This document shows, piece by piece, positions 15,642 to 32,630 of a DNA stretch of 64,000 nucleotides; positions within the stretch are counted from its first letter, which is position 1; each line of letters begins with the position of its first letter. A model generated the notes under the pieces. It saw only the letters and a program-made list of their open reading frames with translations, was not told where the DNA came from and ran no database searches. The position numbers were made by a program, and so were the translations under genes. Source of the stretch: the human T2T-CHM13v2.0 reference genome, Homo sapiens; NCBI RefSeq assembly GCF_009914755.1, contig NC_060933.1; one strand, written 5' to 3'.

Positions 15642-16244
15642 TTATATTACTGGTTACTGAAAGATTGAGTAACAAGATTGCAGTTAATGAAATAATATGA
15701 GCCTTTTGATGGGTGTTTATATGAATAGTAGGTAAAGAAAATGGTTTTATGAGAATGAGCATCAAAAGTCTTTCTCTAAAATCCTTTGTGGCATGTTGTC
15801 AGAGGAACATTAATAATGAACTATTCTAGACATCCTCTCGACAATGCTTTCACAAAAACATAATATCACTCAACTGACATGGGTTTAGTTAAAAATTCCA
15901 GCCAGATGATGATTATTAAAAAAGAAAATCCTTACCAGTTAGACATGCATGTAGACCCTTGAGTGTGTTTTTAAAAAGATAGATACATGGAAACATTAGA
16001 TATATAAAGATGTATATTCCAGCCAGAAGTGCCTGTAAGACAACAGTACTCCTAAACATAAAGTAAGTTATTTAGAAATTTTCAGATTTGACAAGGGGTT
16101 TTATTGTTTGCCTCATATACTTTATACACATAGAACTTGCTGTGTTAAAAAGCCCTAATTCACTAACTTCATTTGTGTATTATTCAATGCCTTTCCATGT
16201 ATTAATATTTCTGGGGCTGTCCCTGGTGAATGATTGTGTATGGA

Positions 16245-16480
16245 AGAGAATAAATTATTTGGTTAAGACCCCAGCCTCGGGAGGCAAGTTGCCAATGCTT
16301 AATTACTGGCTCCGTCACTTACTGGCTGTCTGATATTGAGCAGGTTATTTAACTTCTCCATGCCTCATTTTCCCCATCTGTAAAAGGGGGTACTAATAAT
16401 GTGTCATAGGGTGGTTAACAGGTTTGAATATGCTTATAAAATGCCTGGAAAAGTCTCTGGCACATCGTAAGTGCTGTGTG
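16245..16480 (+). mobile_element. MIR (similar copies at ~12110-12250, 18690-18830, 21300-21460, 46175-46350, 51850-52030)
   Basis: MIR core ttatttaac.tctc.atgcctca.tttcc.catctgtaaaa.ggg. Confidence 0.75.
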
Positions 16481-17689
16481 AGGTGCTGATGTTTTTCTGC
16501 TTCTGCAGGTGTGCCCTTGCTGTCCTTTGCCTCCTCAGCTGGGCTAACACTGCTGCTCTTCCCTTCTGAAGCTCACCATCTTCCATCCTCAGATCCCCTC
16601 TTTCACAGTGCTGCTGACATCTCTTCCACCCAACCTCACCTCCCATAATTCCCCACACCTCAGAAGAGCCAAGCTCTGCCATTGCACGTGGAGGTAGAAA
16701 CTAGAGAGATAGCACCAAAAAATAACTTTCCTCCTTGACATAGGCCCACATCCATTTTAGGGTGGGTTCCTGAGCTGGCTCATGACATGGTCCTGGCATC
16801 TTCCCTGTAACCAGAGTCAGTTCTGCCCAACCACCCACTCCAGGCCTCCCCACGCCTCAGACCCTAACTCCAGGAAAAAGGACCATGTTGTCCCCTCACC
16901 CTAGGCTAAGGCCCACCACAGTTCATTTCTTGCCTTTGGATTGACCTCTTCCTAGGATGGCTGGGAATAAGAGCTTCCCTTCCCTTAAGGACAAGCCCCA
17001 CTCCACCCACAGGGCTGTGGGACAGATCTGAGGCTCAACAAGATGATCCCATTAGAGTCCAATTTAGGGATTGCTGGGAAGTGCAGTCATCACTGCCAGT
17101 GGGGTCCCACCAAACACACTGTGCTCAATTCAGATCCTACTCAGCCAGCTTCTCTTTGTCAAGGTTTTCACAAATCCTGGGGTCGAGTCTCACCCAGGGT
17201 CACCTTGAGCCAGTGGAGTCTGGGATTCTGAGAGGCCCAGGTGGTGATCTAGGGTTCAGTTTCCTGCTCTGTCAAGGACTATTTTAGCTATGTTACACTT
17301 TAAGAAGAATTTGTGGGTCCCTCTGGGAACTTAACTCTATTTATAACATTGTTTCTATGGGAAAGAGTGTTCCAAGTGACAATCAATTTAAAACGGAATG
17401 CTTAGTACACAGCCTTTTCATCGCTGGGGGACTGCTGGTAATTTTTTCTTCACATGTAGAGATTATATTGAAGTTTCAAAACAAATCTAGTATAAACAAG
17501 TAGAGCAAAGAAAAAGCAGGTGTTGCTTCTTGTATTTTTTAGGAGACATTTTAAAAGTTGAAGTTTTTTAAGAAAAAAAGTTTATTTCACAGGGTAATAT
17601 TTATTGAGCATTTACTGTTTACCAGCTACTAAATTAAAGACAGAGTCTGTGTAATCTCATTTAATCCTCACAGCAAAGCTCTATGGAGG

Positions 17690-18010
17690 TGTGATAAAGA
17701 ATCACCGGCATTTTTGATGTTTAGCCAATGAAAGCTTTCAAACTCCACCAAACCCTCCCACTTCTGCCCCACATCTGGGCAAGCTGATGAAAGAGCACAG
17801 GTGCGCCCTCCTGTGGTGCTGGTGGGACATTCCATCCATGTAAACCCAGCTGCAAGAGCGAAGCTTCGCCCAGCCCCACTCTCCCACCTCCACAAAACCC
17901 CAAGGCCAGCCTCCGTTTCCCACTCCCTTAAACCATTCTTGGACCTCTTGGAAGCTCACTTTACTTCCCCCCGAAAGCCTTACTGTGTGAAATATAAAGC
18001 TTTTCACACC

Positions 18011-18044
<34 letters not shown>

Positions 18045-18115
18045 TCATTAGTCCCAACATCCAAGCCAAATCTTCGGTGAGGGGTCCATCTTCTCTCCAT
18101 GAGGTGACTATAGTA
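17690..18115 (+). mobile_element. Probable ERVL solo LTR (MER54/MER73/MER74-like) splitting a MIR
   Basis: MIR halves at ~17600-17689 and ~18116-18200 are separated by ~425 bp that begins TG, has a CCAAT box and has an LTR-like U5 (catcca.gccaaat.tt.ggtg.ggggtccatc). Confidence 0.5.
18014..18043 (+). repeat. (TG)15 microsatellite
   Basis: Read directly. Confidence 0.97.
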
Positions 18116-18351
18116 GGTGAGTATAGTAGTCTCTGTTTTACAGATGAGGAAACTGAGGCTCAGAGAGATTAAGTTGCTTGTCAACTAGATAACAGTATCA
18201 TCTTAACCACTCTGCTCTTTCTTTACTTCAGCTCAGATGCGTCTTGCCTTTTGAAAATCAGTGAAGGAACTTACATTGAGGGATTTTACCTCTTGCTAAT
18301 ACTCAACACCTACTGATTACCTACCCTGAGCTAAGCTTTTTTCATGAATGA

Positions 18352-18687
<336 letters not shown>

Positions 18688-20109
18688 TGAACTAAATACC
18701 ATTGTCAGTCCCATTTTTATAGATGAGGAAACCAAGAAACAGCAAAGTTCAACAACTAATACAGGGTCACCCTGCTAATAAATAGCGGAACCGGGATTTA
18801 AACACAGACAGTCTGCTCAGAACATATTCTCTTGGCCATAGGGCTATAATACTTCTTACATAGTCCACAAGTAAAGCTGATAATTCACCCAGTTTTTAAG
18901 GATTGTGGTTTGGCCACTGCTTAATTGGACAGCAGTTGTTTAAAGAAAGAAATCCTATATTAATGACACATTTACTGGTTTCATTATATCTTGTATAGTG
19001 TTCTTATGTTATTCATATGTAGTTTACTCAATACAGCAAATGTCTATAAAGAAAAGGCAATGCTTCAGTTTCTTTGATATCTTCTTCCCCACCCGACCCC
19101 CAATAACTAGGACATTGCTTTTTAGGCAATGGGAACCCAACAAATGTCATCTGAATGGCTTAAAATCAGTAGGTGTTGCAGAATGAAACCCCACAATTTC
19201 ACCTTTGCCCTAGATACTACACTACACATCATTACAAATAGGCCAGGGCTCTCCAACAATTGCCATGGAAACTGTGTAGAATTCCTGTTCGCTGTCTCAT
19301 GCCATCTGTTTGACTAAAGGTATAACAAGGAAAATAATAATCTGTAATTTCTCATAGCAAAGTTCCCCAAATTCACAAAGACAAGAGTATTTTTTTAACC
19401 ATCTGCTTTCTCTTCAGGCTTTTCAGCAACTTCTGTGTAGCTAATACATAAAATTGTGTAACATTTATGAGGGCTGGTTCACCATATATGGTTTCTAGCT
19501 CTGAAAACTCAGTTATGTGGAAGCTAGAATTAAACAACATCAAAAACCAAAAACAAACAAAAAAAAACCATGATAACTCAAATGGAATCTGCATGATGAG
19601 TTACAGGACTGACAGTGGAAACAAAAGTTAAAAGTAGTCTCTTATTTCTGTCTGGGTACCAAAGGCAAAGCTTGCTGCTTTTCAGTTTGGCCCTGATTGT
19701 GTCTCTGTCAAATGCCTTGGGCAAATAGATTTAAAATTTGCCCACGAACAAAGTTAGCTTAATAATGGCTTCCATGCAGAGCTGTCAGAAGATAAAAGAG
19801 CTCTATAAAGGATTCTGAGGAATAAAACTTTATGGAACTTAGTGCCATATATGACAATTCCTTTGAGGAAATACATCAAAGGTAGAGATGAAGTGTTTGA
19901 GCTGGAAGGCACTTCATTCAGTTCAGTGGTTTTGAATCCGTGCTCCATGGAGCCCCTGGGTTTCCTCCAATTTCCCTCTGCAGCTGCCAGAGGTAAGAAG
20001 TTAGTAGAGTGAATGTCTGGAGTCACCAGCCCAACTTCCACTGAGCACCCTTGCATGTATTTGATTTTCTTTTGAATATTCTCATAAAATTTATTTTAAC
20101 AAAGGACTC

Positions 20110-20485
20110 TGTATTAGTCTCTTCTCATGTTGCTGATAAAGACATACCTGAGATTGGGTAATTTATAAAGAAAAAGAGGTTTAATGGACTCACAGTTCCA
20201 TGTGGCTGGGGAGGCCTCACAGTCATGGTGGAAGGCGAAGAGGAGAAAAGTCACGTCTTACATGGTGGCAGGCAAGAGAGAGAATGAAAGCCAAGCGAAA
20301 GGGGAAACCTTTTATAAAATCATCAGATCTTGTGAGACTTATTCACTATCACAAGAACAGTATGAAGGAAACTGTCCCCATGATTCAGTTATCTCCCACC
20401 GGGTCCTTCCCACAACATGTGGGAATTAATGGGAGCTACAATTCAAGATGAGATTTGGGTGGGGACACAGAGCCAAACCGTATCA
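20110..20485 (-). mobile_element. THE1 (B/C-like) MaLR solo LTR
   Basis: tgtattagtc...ctgataaagacatacctgag...gagatttgggtggggacacagagccaaaccgtatca. 5-bp TSD gactc/gactt. Confidence 0.92.
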
Positions 20486-21733
20486 GACTTCGTGGCTTAA
20501 CAATACTTTGATAAGATTCTGAGCTAATCCAACTCCCTCATTTTGTAGACGAAGAGTTTCAGTGATTTGCTAAGGCCTCAGAGATACTCAGAGATGTGGC
20601 TGGGACTAGACAGGTGGTCTGGCTTCCCAATCTACTATTCTCTCAGTGGTCTTTAGGCTGGAAATAAATTGCTACTGCACACCTGCAACTCAGGGACACA
20701 GTGCTGAACAATTTCTTCAAGAGACAGAATTCTGAACTTCTTCCCAGTCCTTGGAACATCATTCTCCTGTCTCTTAACTTCTTGCTTCTCTGATTATATT
20801 TTTATCTAGCCAATTGGATTTTCTGCCTAGCATGACTTTTCCAACAACAACCTGTTTGCTCCCCAGGTAGATAACTGATAAATGTTTATATCCTAAAAAT
20901 CTCCAGTGCAATATGTCCTTGGAGGGAAAACACCCTCTGAGGCATATCAGTAAGGTACTGGATCTTGATGTCCCCAAGAAATGGTACTACGAAAGTTGCC
21001 CACTTCAAAGAAGATGTGATTTTTATTTATAGAGTGGAAAAATCATGAATGGGTCTCTTTGACAAAAGTTAAATAACGAGAATTATTGTATTATTAGTAA
21101 TAACTTTTCATCAAGGTCCCCCGGAGAAAATAGTAATAATAGTAACAACAATAATAAAGGTGAAAAGTCCATGTTGCCTTTGTTAAATAGAAGCATCTCT
21201 GATCACAGCTTTGGAACTGGAACTGGAAAGGACCATGCAGACCAGTTCTCCTTCAAAAGAATTCATAATTTCCAGTAGGAACCATTGTCATCATCCTCAA
21301 TACTGCTACCATTTCTTGAGCACTTGCTATGGACCAGCCAACTGTGTTAAGTAAGCTCTTTACAAGCACTGTCATTTAATCTCTGTAACCATTCCAAGCG
21401 TTATTATTCTCCCCTTTCTACAGATATGAAAACTGAGGTTCAGAAAGTTTAAATCAGGGTCATGGCCTTGTACAACTACAGGGAACATTATTTACTTTGT
21501 TTTCTATGTAAATGGAACCTTCTGGAGCACAATGCAGCAGCCTTGGTTTAAGTGACTCCCAATTTCCCAGAACTGGTAAATGACAAATTCAGGAATCACC
21601 TCCAGGCCTGTCTGAAGCCAAAAGCCCCGTTCTGATCACTACACAAGCCCCTGCTTCAGAAATCCATATGTGTGCTCGCACTCTGGAGTCTTATATTGAT
21701 GATGATGAGTTAAGAAGAAATTCAGTTGGCTGT

Positions 21734-22122
21734 TGTATTAGTCCGTTCTCATGCTGCTATAAAGACATACCTAAGACTGGATACTTAAAAAAAAAAAAGC
21801 GGTTTAATCAGCTAATAGGTTCTGCGGGCTGTACAGGCTTCTGCTTCTGCGGAAGCCTCAGGAAACTTACAATCATGTCAGAAGGTAAAGAGGAAGCAAG
21901 CACATCTTCACATGGCCAGCAGAAGAGAGAGAGAGAGAGAAGTGGGGGGGCCAGTGCTACACACTTTCAAACAACCAGATATGCTGAGAACTCTATCACA
22001 AGAGCAGCAGTGGGGAAGTCCGCCCCCATGATTCAATCACTTCCCTCCAGGCCCCTCCTCCAACACTGGGAATTACAATTTGACATGAGACTTGGGTGGG
22101 GACGCAAAGCCAAACCATGTTA
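21734..22122 (-). mobile_element. MSTA-like MaLR solo LTR
   Basis: tgtattagtccgttctc...cctcaggaaacttacaatcatg...gccaaaccatgtta. Perfect 5-bp TSD gctgt. Confidence 0.9.
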
Positions 22123-22349
22123 GCTGTTAAGTGGTGAGCATGACTTGAACTCAAGACAAATGCCCAAGAAGACTTTATTCGAACTGGTTTTCTATTTGTT
22201 TAGACACCAAGTGTTAGCTTCATAAGGTATAATTTTTTTAAACTGTATTTTGAAATAATTTCAAACTTAGAGAAAATTCACACCAATAGTAAGGAGCTCC
22301 CAAATACCTGTTACCCAAATCCACCAATTATTAACATTTTGCTGCCTTT

Positions 22350-22480
22350 GCTTTCTCTCTCTCTTTCTCTCTTTCTGTGGTGTGTGTGTGTCTGTGTGTG
22401 CATGCATATGTGTGTGTGTGTGTGTGTGTGTGTTTGCGTATTTGGGAATTACATCCTGAATATATACATATATACACATA
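22350..22480 (+). repeat. (CT)n/(TG)n/(TA)n compound microsatellite at the end of an old L1M fragment
   Basis: Read directly. Confidence 0.85.
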
Positions 22481-22489
22481 CGGAATTTT

Positions 22490-22669
22490 TAGTGATCCTT
22501 GAGGTGTGCTCCCTATGAACCAGCATTGCCTTGGTACTTGTTAGAAATGCAGATTACTCAGTCCCACCTCAGATGCACTGAATCAGAAACTTTAGGGGGT
22601 GGCACCCAGCAATCTGTGTTTTAACAGTCCTCCAGGCGATTCTGAAGCTCACCTATTTGAGAACCATTG
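22490..22669. mobile_element. MER5A
   Basis: cttgttagaaatgcag..tctcag.cccacc.caga...ctgaatcagaaact...cccagcaatctgtgttttaac. Confidence 0.8.
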
Positions 22670-24323
22670 TCCTATTAAAGAATACTTCGGAGAAGATTGT
22701 TCTGAGCAATAGGACAATACTATTATTTTAATATTTAATATTTTACATTAATGCCATTTTCTCATAAAAGGAGAGAAGTTGGGAAAAGCTGGGAAGTGTA
22801 CCTTAGTTTTTCTGGGGGGTTGAGCATGACATAAAAGAATCATTCTTAGATTTTTCACCATGCCTGAACTAATTCATATAAAGAGACTCTATAGGCTAAG
22901 CTAAGTTTTAGGACTTAGTGTTCTAATTAAAGATTTAAATATGACTTTCCAAATTATTGCCTGGAATGGATTCATTTCTGTGAGCCTAATCCCTTTGCAA
23001 GTGTCTAAAGCTTGCTCTCACATTCACACAAAAAACTTACAGAAATACAAATACAGTCATTATAGAGAAGCTTACTGATTATGTAAACAGTCATGTCCAC
23101 CAAAATTGTTTAATATAATTTTCAGAGGGTGAGAGCCTGAATATATCCTTTCTAGAAAGCTGCTTAACAAGGTTGTCAAACATTGAGGTAACTGATAAAA
23201 TCATCAACCACGTAAAATTTCATTAGTCTTTACAATTACAAAATCAAATTTCTCCCTTTAAATAAATGCTTTGGGGTTTTATAACATGCAAAGTGAAGAC
23301 TCCCAGCTTCAAAGTGTGCCTGTGTGTATTCTCAAGTGTAGCCTGTGTCCCACAATAGTGGACATAGTTACCAATAATTATTTCTTTCTGTAACCTGAGT
23401 CAGTTGACAGCCATATAAAATGGGCTGATCATAACTGTGTCTAGAGGGAAGGGGATACATTTCTAAAAGAACACTGAACAATATTTCTCTAGGATTTTAA
23501 AGTCTGGGTAACTCTCTATGAAGTAGTGTCTTGGGGGAGATTTCTTCTTAGTTAACATGACAATTAAGTCAAATTACAATAAACAAATATTCAAAGTCTA
23601 GATGCTTCATTTATTTAAGTCAATTTTAAAAAATATAAGAAGAAGAGAAGCAACTGGGAGGAGGGCAGTCTCTTGAAATCTTTTGAAATGAAGCTAACTT
23701 GTATTTAGAATTGTGTGGGGAAGAGAGAAGGAGGTTTAGTATTCATTTCCTGGGGCTTATAAGCTGTGGAATAGTGACAGTATGTTTATTCTAAAACATC
23801 AAAGATCCCTGTCTCACAACATCTCAGACAACAAAGATGGGAAAACAAATGAACCAAGGACACATCCTAATATATTCTGCGATGTTTACTCCCCCTACAG
23901 GCAAATCAATCTTTTGAAAACTGTCTTTAATAATATCCTTGTAATTTTTACACTGTTTCTTTCTTCCAGCAGCCCTAGCCATTATTTACAAGTCTTCTAA
24001 CTTCTGTCTCGTACTACTCTCTATCCCATGTAGCTCTCTCTCTTTAGCATTTATTTTTATATTTGTCAACTCCTTTCTCCTCTCTCCCAACTGTAAACGC
24101 CAAATCCAGCATTGGAAGGAATGCTCTACATCAAATCACATTTCTGATAAATGAACAGTGAAAATTTAACAATACGACTTTTATGACAATGTGATGGCAA
24201 GTGCCCTGAACTTGGGTGTCCAGAAACCTGAACTCGAGTTTGGGTTTGGCTACTAATTAGTTTGTAACCTTGGGTTCGTTGTCCTTGTCTATAAAATAAC
24301 ATGGTTGAAGGAAAATGAACTAG

Positions 24324-24767
<444 letters not shown>

Positions 24768-25234
24768 TAAGTTCTAAAAAATTAAATGAATAAGAGTTGA
24801 AAAGGAAATCAACATTGTTAAAGCAAAATATACCAGAAACAGTGTTGAGTTGATGTCCCTGGATCATCTTATGTGTATAATCTTTACAACAACTGTGCAA
24901 GATGATTGGTTTTACCTCCATTTGTATACATAGAATTTCACAGGGGGGTAAATAATTTCCCAAGATTGCATGGTTCAAAATGGCAAATCTGTCATTTGAA
25001 TGACTTGGGTTTTCGATCAAAGAGTTTCGAGTCTATAGTTACAATTTACTCACTAATTGGACTTCCACAAATTGCCCTGGGTGAGTTTGTCTGTAAGTAT
25101 ATGTGTTTATACACATGTAATACTTAGTTTGGAAAGTAGGATCAAGTGTTTTTAGATAGTGAGGAAATTAACGCAGAAGACAAGTAACTTGGTTAAGTAT
25201 TAATTTTCTGGTAGTAGAATCAAGAATGAAAGGA

Positions 25235-25567
25235 TTTTTAATTTTTATGGGTTCATAGCAGGTGTATATGTTTATGGGGTATGAAATACTTGGACACCAG
25301 CATGCAATGCATACTCACATCATGGAAAATGAGATACTCATCCACTCAAGCGTTTATCCTCTGTGTTGCAAACAATCCAATGATTCTCTCTCAGTTATTT
25401 TAAAATGTACAATTAAACTATTTTGACTATAAAATACTAGGTATTATTCATTCTTTCACACTATTTTTTGTACCCGTTGTGCTATAAAATACTAGGTATT
25501 ATTCATTCTCTCAAACTACTTTGTGTAACCATTAACCATTACCACCTCCTCCTGACCCCACACTACC
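25235..25567 (-). mobile_element. L1MA-type 3' end fragment
   Basis: ttttatgggt.catag.aggtgtatat.tttatggggta...aaacaatccaat...ttattttaaaatgtacaat. Flanked by aggattttt. Confidence 0.8.
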
Positions 25568-25717
25568 AGGAAGGACAGGATTTTTCATAAGGCGATTTTG
25601 GAGTTTCAGAAGTCAGAGTTCACAGTAGGTATTGGAGAAGCTACACAGCCATAAACAGTCTTCTAAGGAAAATGGCAAAATGCATACTCTGAATTAAGCT
25701 TTAAAAAAATCAGATAG

Positions 25718-26076
<359 letters not shown>

Positions 26077-28520
26077 CTATTGAGGGATGTGCGGGTGGCA
26101 TCCCTGCCTGAGATCCTCTTCTTTAAGAGCCATGCATATGTACTGGGATCATTTAAAGGAGAAAATCTTCTATTTTTTAAGAGTGTCAGAAGTGAAGATT
26201 TCACACCTGCCAACAGAAGGTGCCGTCAAAAAAAGACAGTGGAGATGGAGCTGCTCCTAATGGAAGACTGTCAGACAATGAAACTCACCTCCCATTTCCC
26301 GTAGACCTCTGTCTTTGCTAGACAATGGAGGTTGCCAGTTGGTCAATCAAGTAAGCAACCCCTTGCTACTAAGTCAACCAGTCAGTGTTCTATTCCTGCA
26401 GGCAAGAGACATCCTGGGTAAAATGCCCATAGCTAGTAACTCATAGGCATTCAATATCTGATTATTTAATTAATACTGCTTTTAGAAATTTAAAAATAAT
26501 AACTGCGAATGCCAACAGCTTTCGGGCTCTGCAGCAAACCAGTGGAGGCATTTGGGACTTTCTTTTTCAACTGTTCTCATTGGGGCTGAGACTATCATCA
26601 AGAAGTACCAAATAAACATATTTTCAAAAATCGATGTTATTTTTAGATTCTTTGGATCCTTGTTTTTGGCATTAGCAGCAGGAAGAAACCTTGTGTTTTG
26701 AAACGTTTCTTTTCTAATTGTGCTGTTACACACACAGTTGGACAAAATGTCTGGTTTCCTTTGAGAGAGAACCATCAGCATAAACAAAGATGGTAAAACA
26801 GCTTCTTTCTTTTTTGTCATTATTCCTGTTCACTGAAGAGAAAGGATGGTCTACCTCAGAGGTTACACACTGGTGGCCTGTGGTTAGCATTTAGACTGGA
26901 GATGTATTTTGTTTGACCAGCACACTGTTAAAGCAAGCAAACAAACAAACAAATGCAATTTAAAAAAGGCAAACAAACCCTGATGTTGAATGCCTTTACA
27001 GGAGGTCTGATAGTCATCAGGCTTTTGCAATTTCTGTTTCTTGTATGACTCTTGTAGGTATTTTATTATGCAGCCCTGGGTCTGCGGAGAACAATGTATG
27101 CACAGCCAATTGTTTTTCTCTCATAAAGAAGAATACTGATTGAGTGGTGGTAGAGGGTGGTTAAGGGAGTCAGCAGAAACCTGCAGGTAATCTACCTAAA
27201 ATCGTGACTCCTCCCCCACCGAGTTTCCACCTGCAACTATATTCTTTCTGTAGAAGACTTTGGCTAGACAGGGGTTGGAGTCCACTTTACAGGACAGGCT
27301 ACTCCCAGGGAGGAGGAGCTGTCACAGGATGGGTCTGTTGTAAGGACATTAATTAGACCATGGTGCTAGGGGATGATGGACGGGGAGGAGCGAAGCTCTG
27401 AGCCCACTCCAAGGAAGTTTCTCTTTGGGTCCTTTGATCCTTTGGTTGGTGCAATGAGGTGAGTCTGCACAGGGCCTCTAAAGGGCTCGTTGCTGCAGGC
27501 TTCACCAAGCAGGCTTTGTTGGCAACAGGAAATATTCCCCAAGGTCAGAGGCGGTGACTTCATCCACATTTAGAAATCAGAAGGTGAGAATTGACTCAAA
27601 TGCTTGCGGCTTTCCTACTCAGTTCAATATTTTGGAATATGTACAAAATTTCTTTCTAGAAAGTTCCTCAAACTTTTAGCACACAGAATGGCTCTAATTC
27701 GCTACTAATCCATCCTTTTTACCACAGATGTTTACACTCATTTTCTTAGGACCAGAGATTCCATCACATGTTTTTAATCCCCTGCCCCTGACCCCATAAC
27801 ACTCTCCCCAAACGCAGAGCAAGGCAAACCATAGGGCCTAATAAGTGGTTAATGGGTTGAGTTCATTTTCAGTTCCTTTTATTTCACACTTATAGGTTGG
27901 GCTATAAAAAGGTCAAACTTCCCTTGGTGATAGCATATTACTACTAGTGGTTGAAGCTCAGAAATAATAATAGTCTGGATTAACTGTACATTTTCAAACC
28001 ATAGAAACCAGCTCAAGTTTGTGGTCAGGGCTTCTATTTATGCTTCCTTTAAAGAGTGTGACAAGGGTTAGATGAGTTCTGGTCTTAATCCTTTTAATTC
28101 AATGTGCACCTGTCCACTGCAAGGACACATGAAGCATACAGACCTTCTGGATTCAAATATGGCAGAAAGGAAATGGCCCGGGCTCCCTTCTGGAACATCA
28201 CACACTGCAGCATCTCAGCCTTCCAGAGTGCCTTTATTCCATTCTCAACCCTGGGCCCATAGTTGAGAATCAGAATGTACTACTTTTTGTTTCCTTGTTT
28301 GTTTTTAAGACTTCAAAACACACAAGATTTTCATAACAATGTCTGTATACCAGGATATTATTTTAGGGTATAATTTCTGTAATAATGTTTGCCAATAGTT
28401 GATTGTCTAGACTGGATAAATGGAGTGATATGCGATCATCCCTTGTATTCACATATATTTCTACTACATTACCATCTATGTTGAAGGTCCTTTAACAGAG
28501 ACATAAGAAAGAAAAGTATT

Positions 28521-28823
<303 letters not shown>

Positions 28824-29423
28824 TTATTTGAACATTATCACTTCATGTAGGCAAACTTACAAAATTTCTACCAAATAGTCCTACATATTTGAATTAAACA
28901 CTCTGAATGAAGGTGATTCTGTTTTTAATGTTTACTCCTTCCCCTGGGCCAGTAGGTGATGAGTATCTCTCTGTTCATGAGTGACTGGGGACAGAGCTAT
29001 CACGTTATTCTGAGTTTTTGAATTTTCATTTATATGTCCATGCCTTCTCTTCGTCATCATGCAGGAGATTTACTGACATAAAAATTATTTTGTAGACTCT
29101 TTATTACTGCTGCCGATGTGCCTGCTCCTCACAGAGATATCTAACATTGATCTCTTCTTCCTGCCTCTTCCATGATCACCTTCTCAAGCTGCCTGAGGAC
29201 CTCCAGGGTCCTAGTTCCTCTTTGGTCACCTCCTTATTAGTGAGGCCTGGGGTTCTCTCGTCCACTTGCATGCTAGGTTCATGACCTTACTGATGACATT
29301 TTTCTCTCTCTCATATTACACTTGTAATGCACTGGGTATTCCATTTCTTTAGAAGTTCTGACTCTGGCAACAGACTCAGTCCTGCTGTCTCAGGCATGAG
29401 AGGGTCTATTGCCCTAACCCCAG

Positions 29424-30310
<887 letters not shown>

Positions 30311-30430
30311 CTAGGTGAGCAATGTTTCTTTACCAAAATGTAGTCAATAGAACATTGGGCAATTGGGATGTAAATACACATAATATAAAACAAAAAAGTA
30401 ATGCCCTATGTGTTAAAATTAGATTTTTGG

Positions 30431-30729
30431 GGCCAGCCATGGTAGCTGCCTGTAATCCTAGCACTTTAGGAGGCCAAGGCAGGCGGATTATTTGAGGTCA
30501 GGAGTTTGATACTAGCCTGGCCAATATGGCAAAATCCTGTCTGTACTAAAAAATACAAAAATTAGCCGGGCATAGTGGCATGCACCTGAAATTCCAGCTA
30601 CTCAGGAGGCTGAGGCATGAGAATCACTTGAGCCCAGGAGGTGGAGGTTGTGGTGAGCTGAGATCACACCACTGCACTCCAGCCTGGGTGACAGAGCAAG
30701 ACTCTGTATCAGGAAAAAAAAAAAAAAAA
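30431..30729 (+). mobile_element. Alu (old S or J)
   Basis: Alu dimer. TSD aaaat(t/c)agattttt. Confidence 0.92.
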
Positions 30730-30809
30730 TCAGATTTTTCTATATAAAGGAAGTTTTGGGGGTCTTCATTCATGAATTCACTTTTTGATGAGAGCTTTGG
30801 GAGACACCA

Positions 30810-31571
<762 letters not shown>

Positions 31572-32255
31572 AGCACCTTCTATGCACCAGGCACTGTGAT
31601 TGTGTTCCAGTAGAAGAGGCCACTATGAACAAATTAACCAATATGATTAATGTATTTTAAAATGCTACTGGGCATCACGTTTCTCTAATGAAACATATGG
31701 TGTGTCAGCCAGGAGATGGCATACTCACTTTGGGTAATTCGAGAATAGTTTTGTAAAAATATTGTTTATAAAGGTATGGGCAGGATATAGGGAAATCACA
31801 AAGAGGAGTGCAACGCCCCAGCACTAGCACCAGCAGGGTACCAGAAACCCCTCCAGAGAGAAGTCAGCCTGACTGAAGTTACAGCCTTTGATCAAGAGAT
31901 GGAACCAGAACAAGGTGACCTGGCAGGGGGTCCAGGGAGAAGAAGGGCAGAGTATGGGTCTGCGCTGGTTAACAAGCTTTTCAGCACATATGGTGTGTAA
32001 TTGCCAAAAGTTACCTGAATATAGAAAATAATTTTTATAGACCACCTACTGACAACTCATGGAACACTGGTGTTTTGTAGGATTCCATTTAACACTACAG
32101 GAGAGCCCTGTCTGAAGATGATTTCCTTAAGGAACAAAACATCTCAATCTGAGAACTTTTTCTGTTACAAATATCCCCCATCCCACTGTCTCTGCCCAAG
32201 TAACAGCCTATTTCCATGCAACAAAGCCAGCACCACATTAAAATAGGACCACTCT

Positions 32256-32630
32256 TGATCTCCCTTGTGTATGGACTCTCAAAAAGTCAAACTCACAGAA
32301 GCGTAGAGTAGAATGGTGGTTGCCAGAGGTCAAGAATAGTTGAGAGGGGTACAAAGTTTCAGTTAGACTGGAGGAATAGGTTATGGAGATCTATTATACA
32401 GCATGGTGACTATAATTAATAACAATGCATTGCATACTTGAAAATGGCTAAGAGAATAGATTTTAAATATTCTCACCACAAAAAAATAGCTATGTGGGGG
32501 TGATGAATATGTTAAACCACTTATTTAATTATACCACAATATATACATACATTAAGACATCATGTTGTATACTGTAAAGGTATGCAATTTTTATTTGCCA
32601 AAAGTAAATAAATAGCTTATTAGGAAAAAA
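32256..32630 (+). mobile_element. L1MA-type 3' end fragment
   Basis: aaagtcaaactcacagaagc.gagagtagaatggtggtt...tacagcatggtgactata...tacttgaaaat.gctaagag. Confidence 0.8.
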
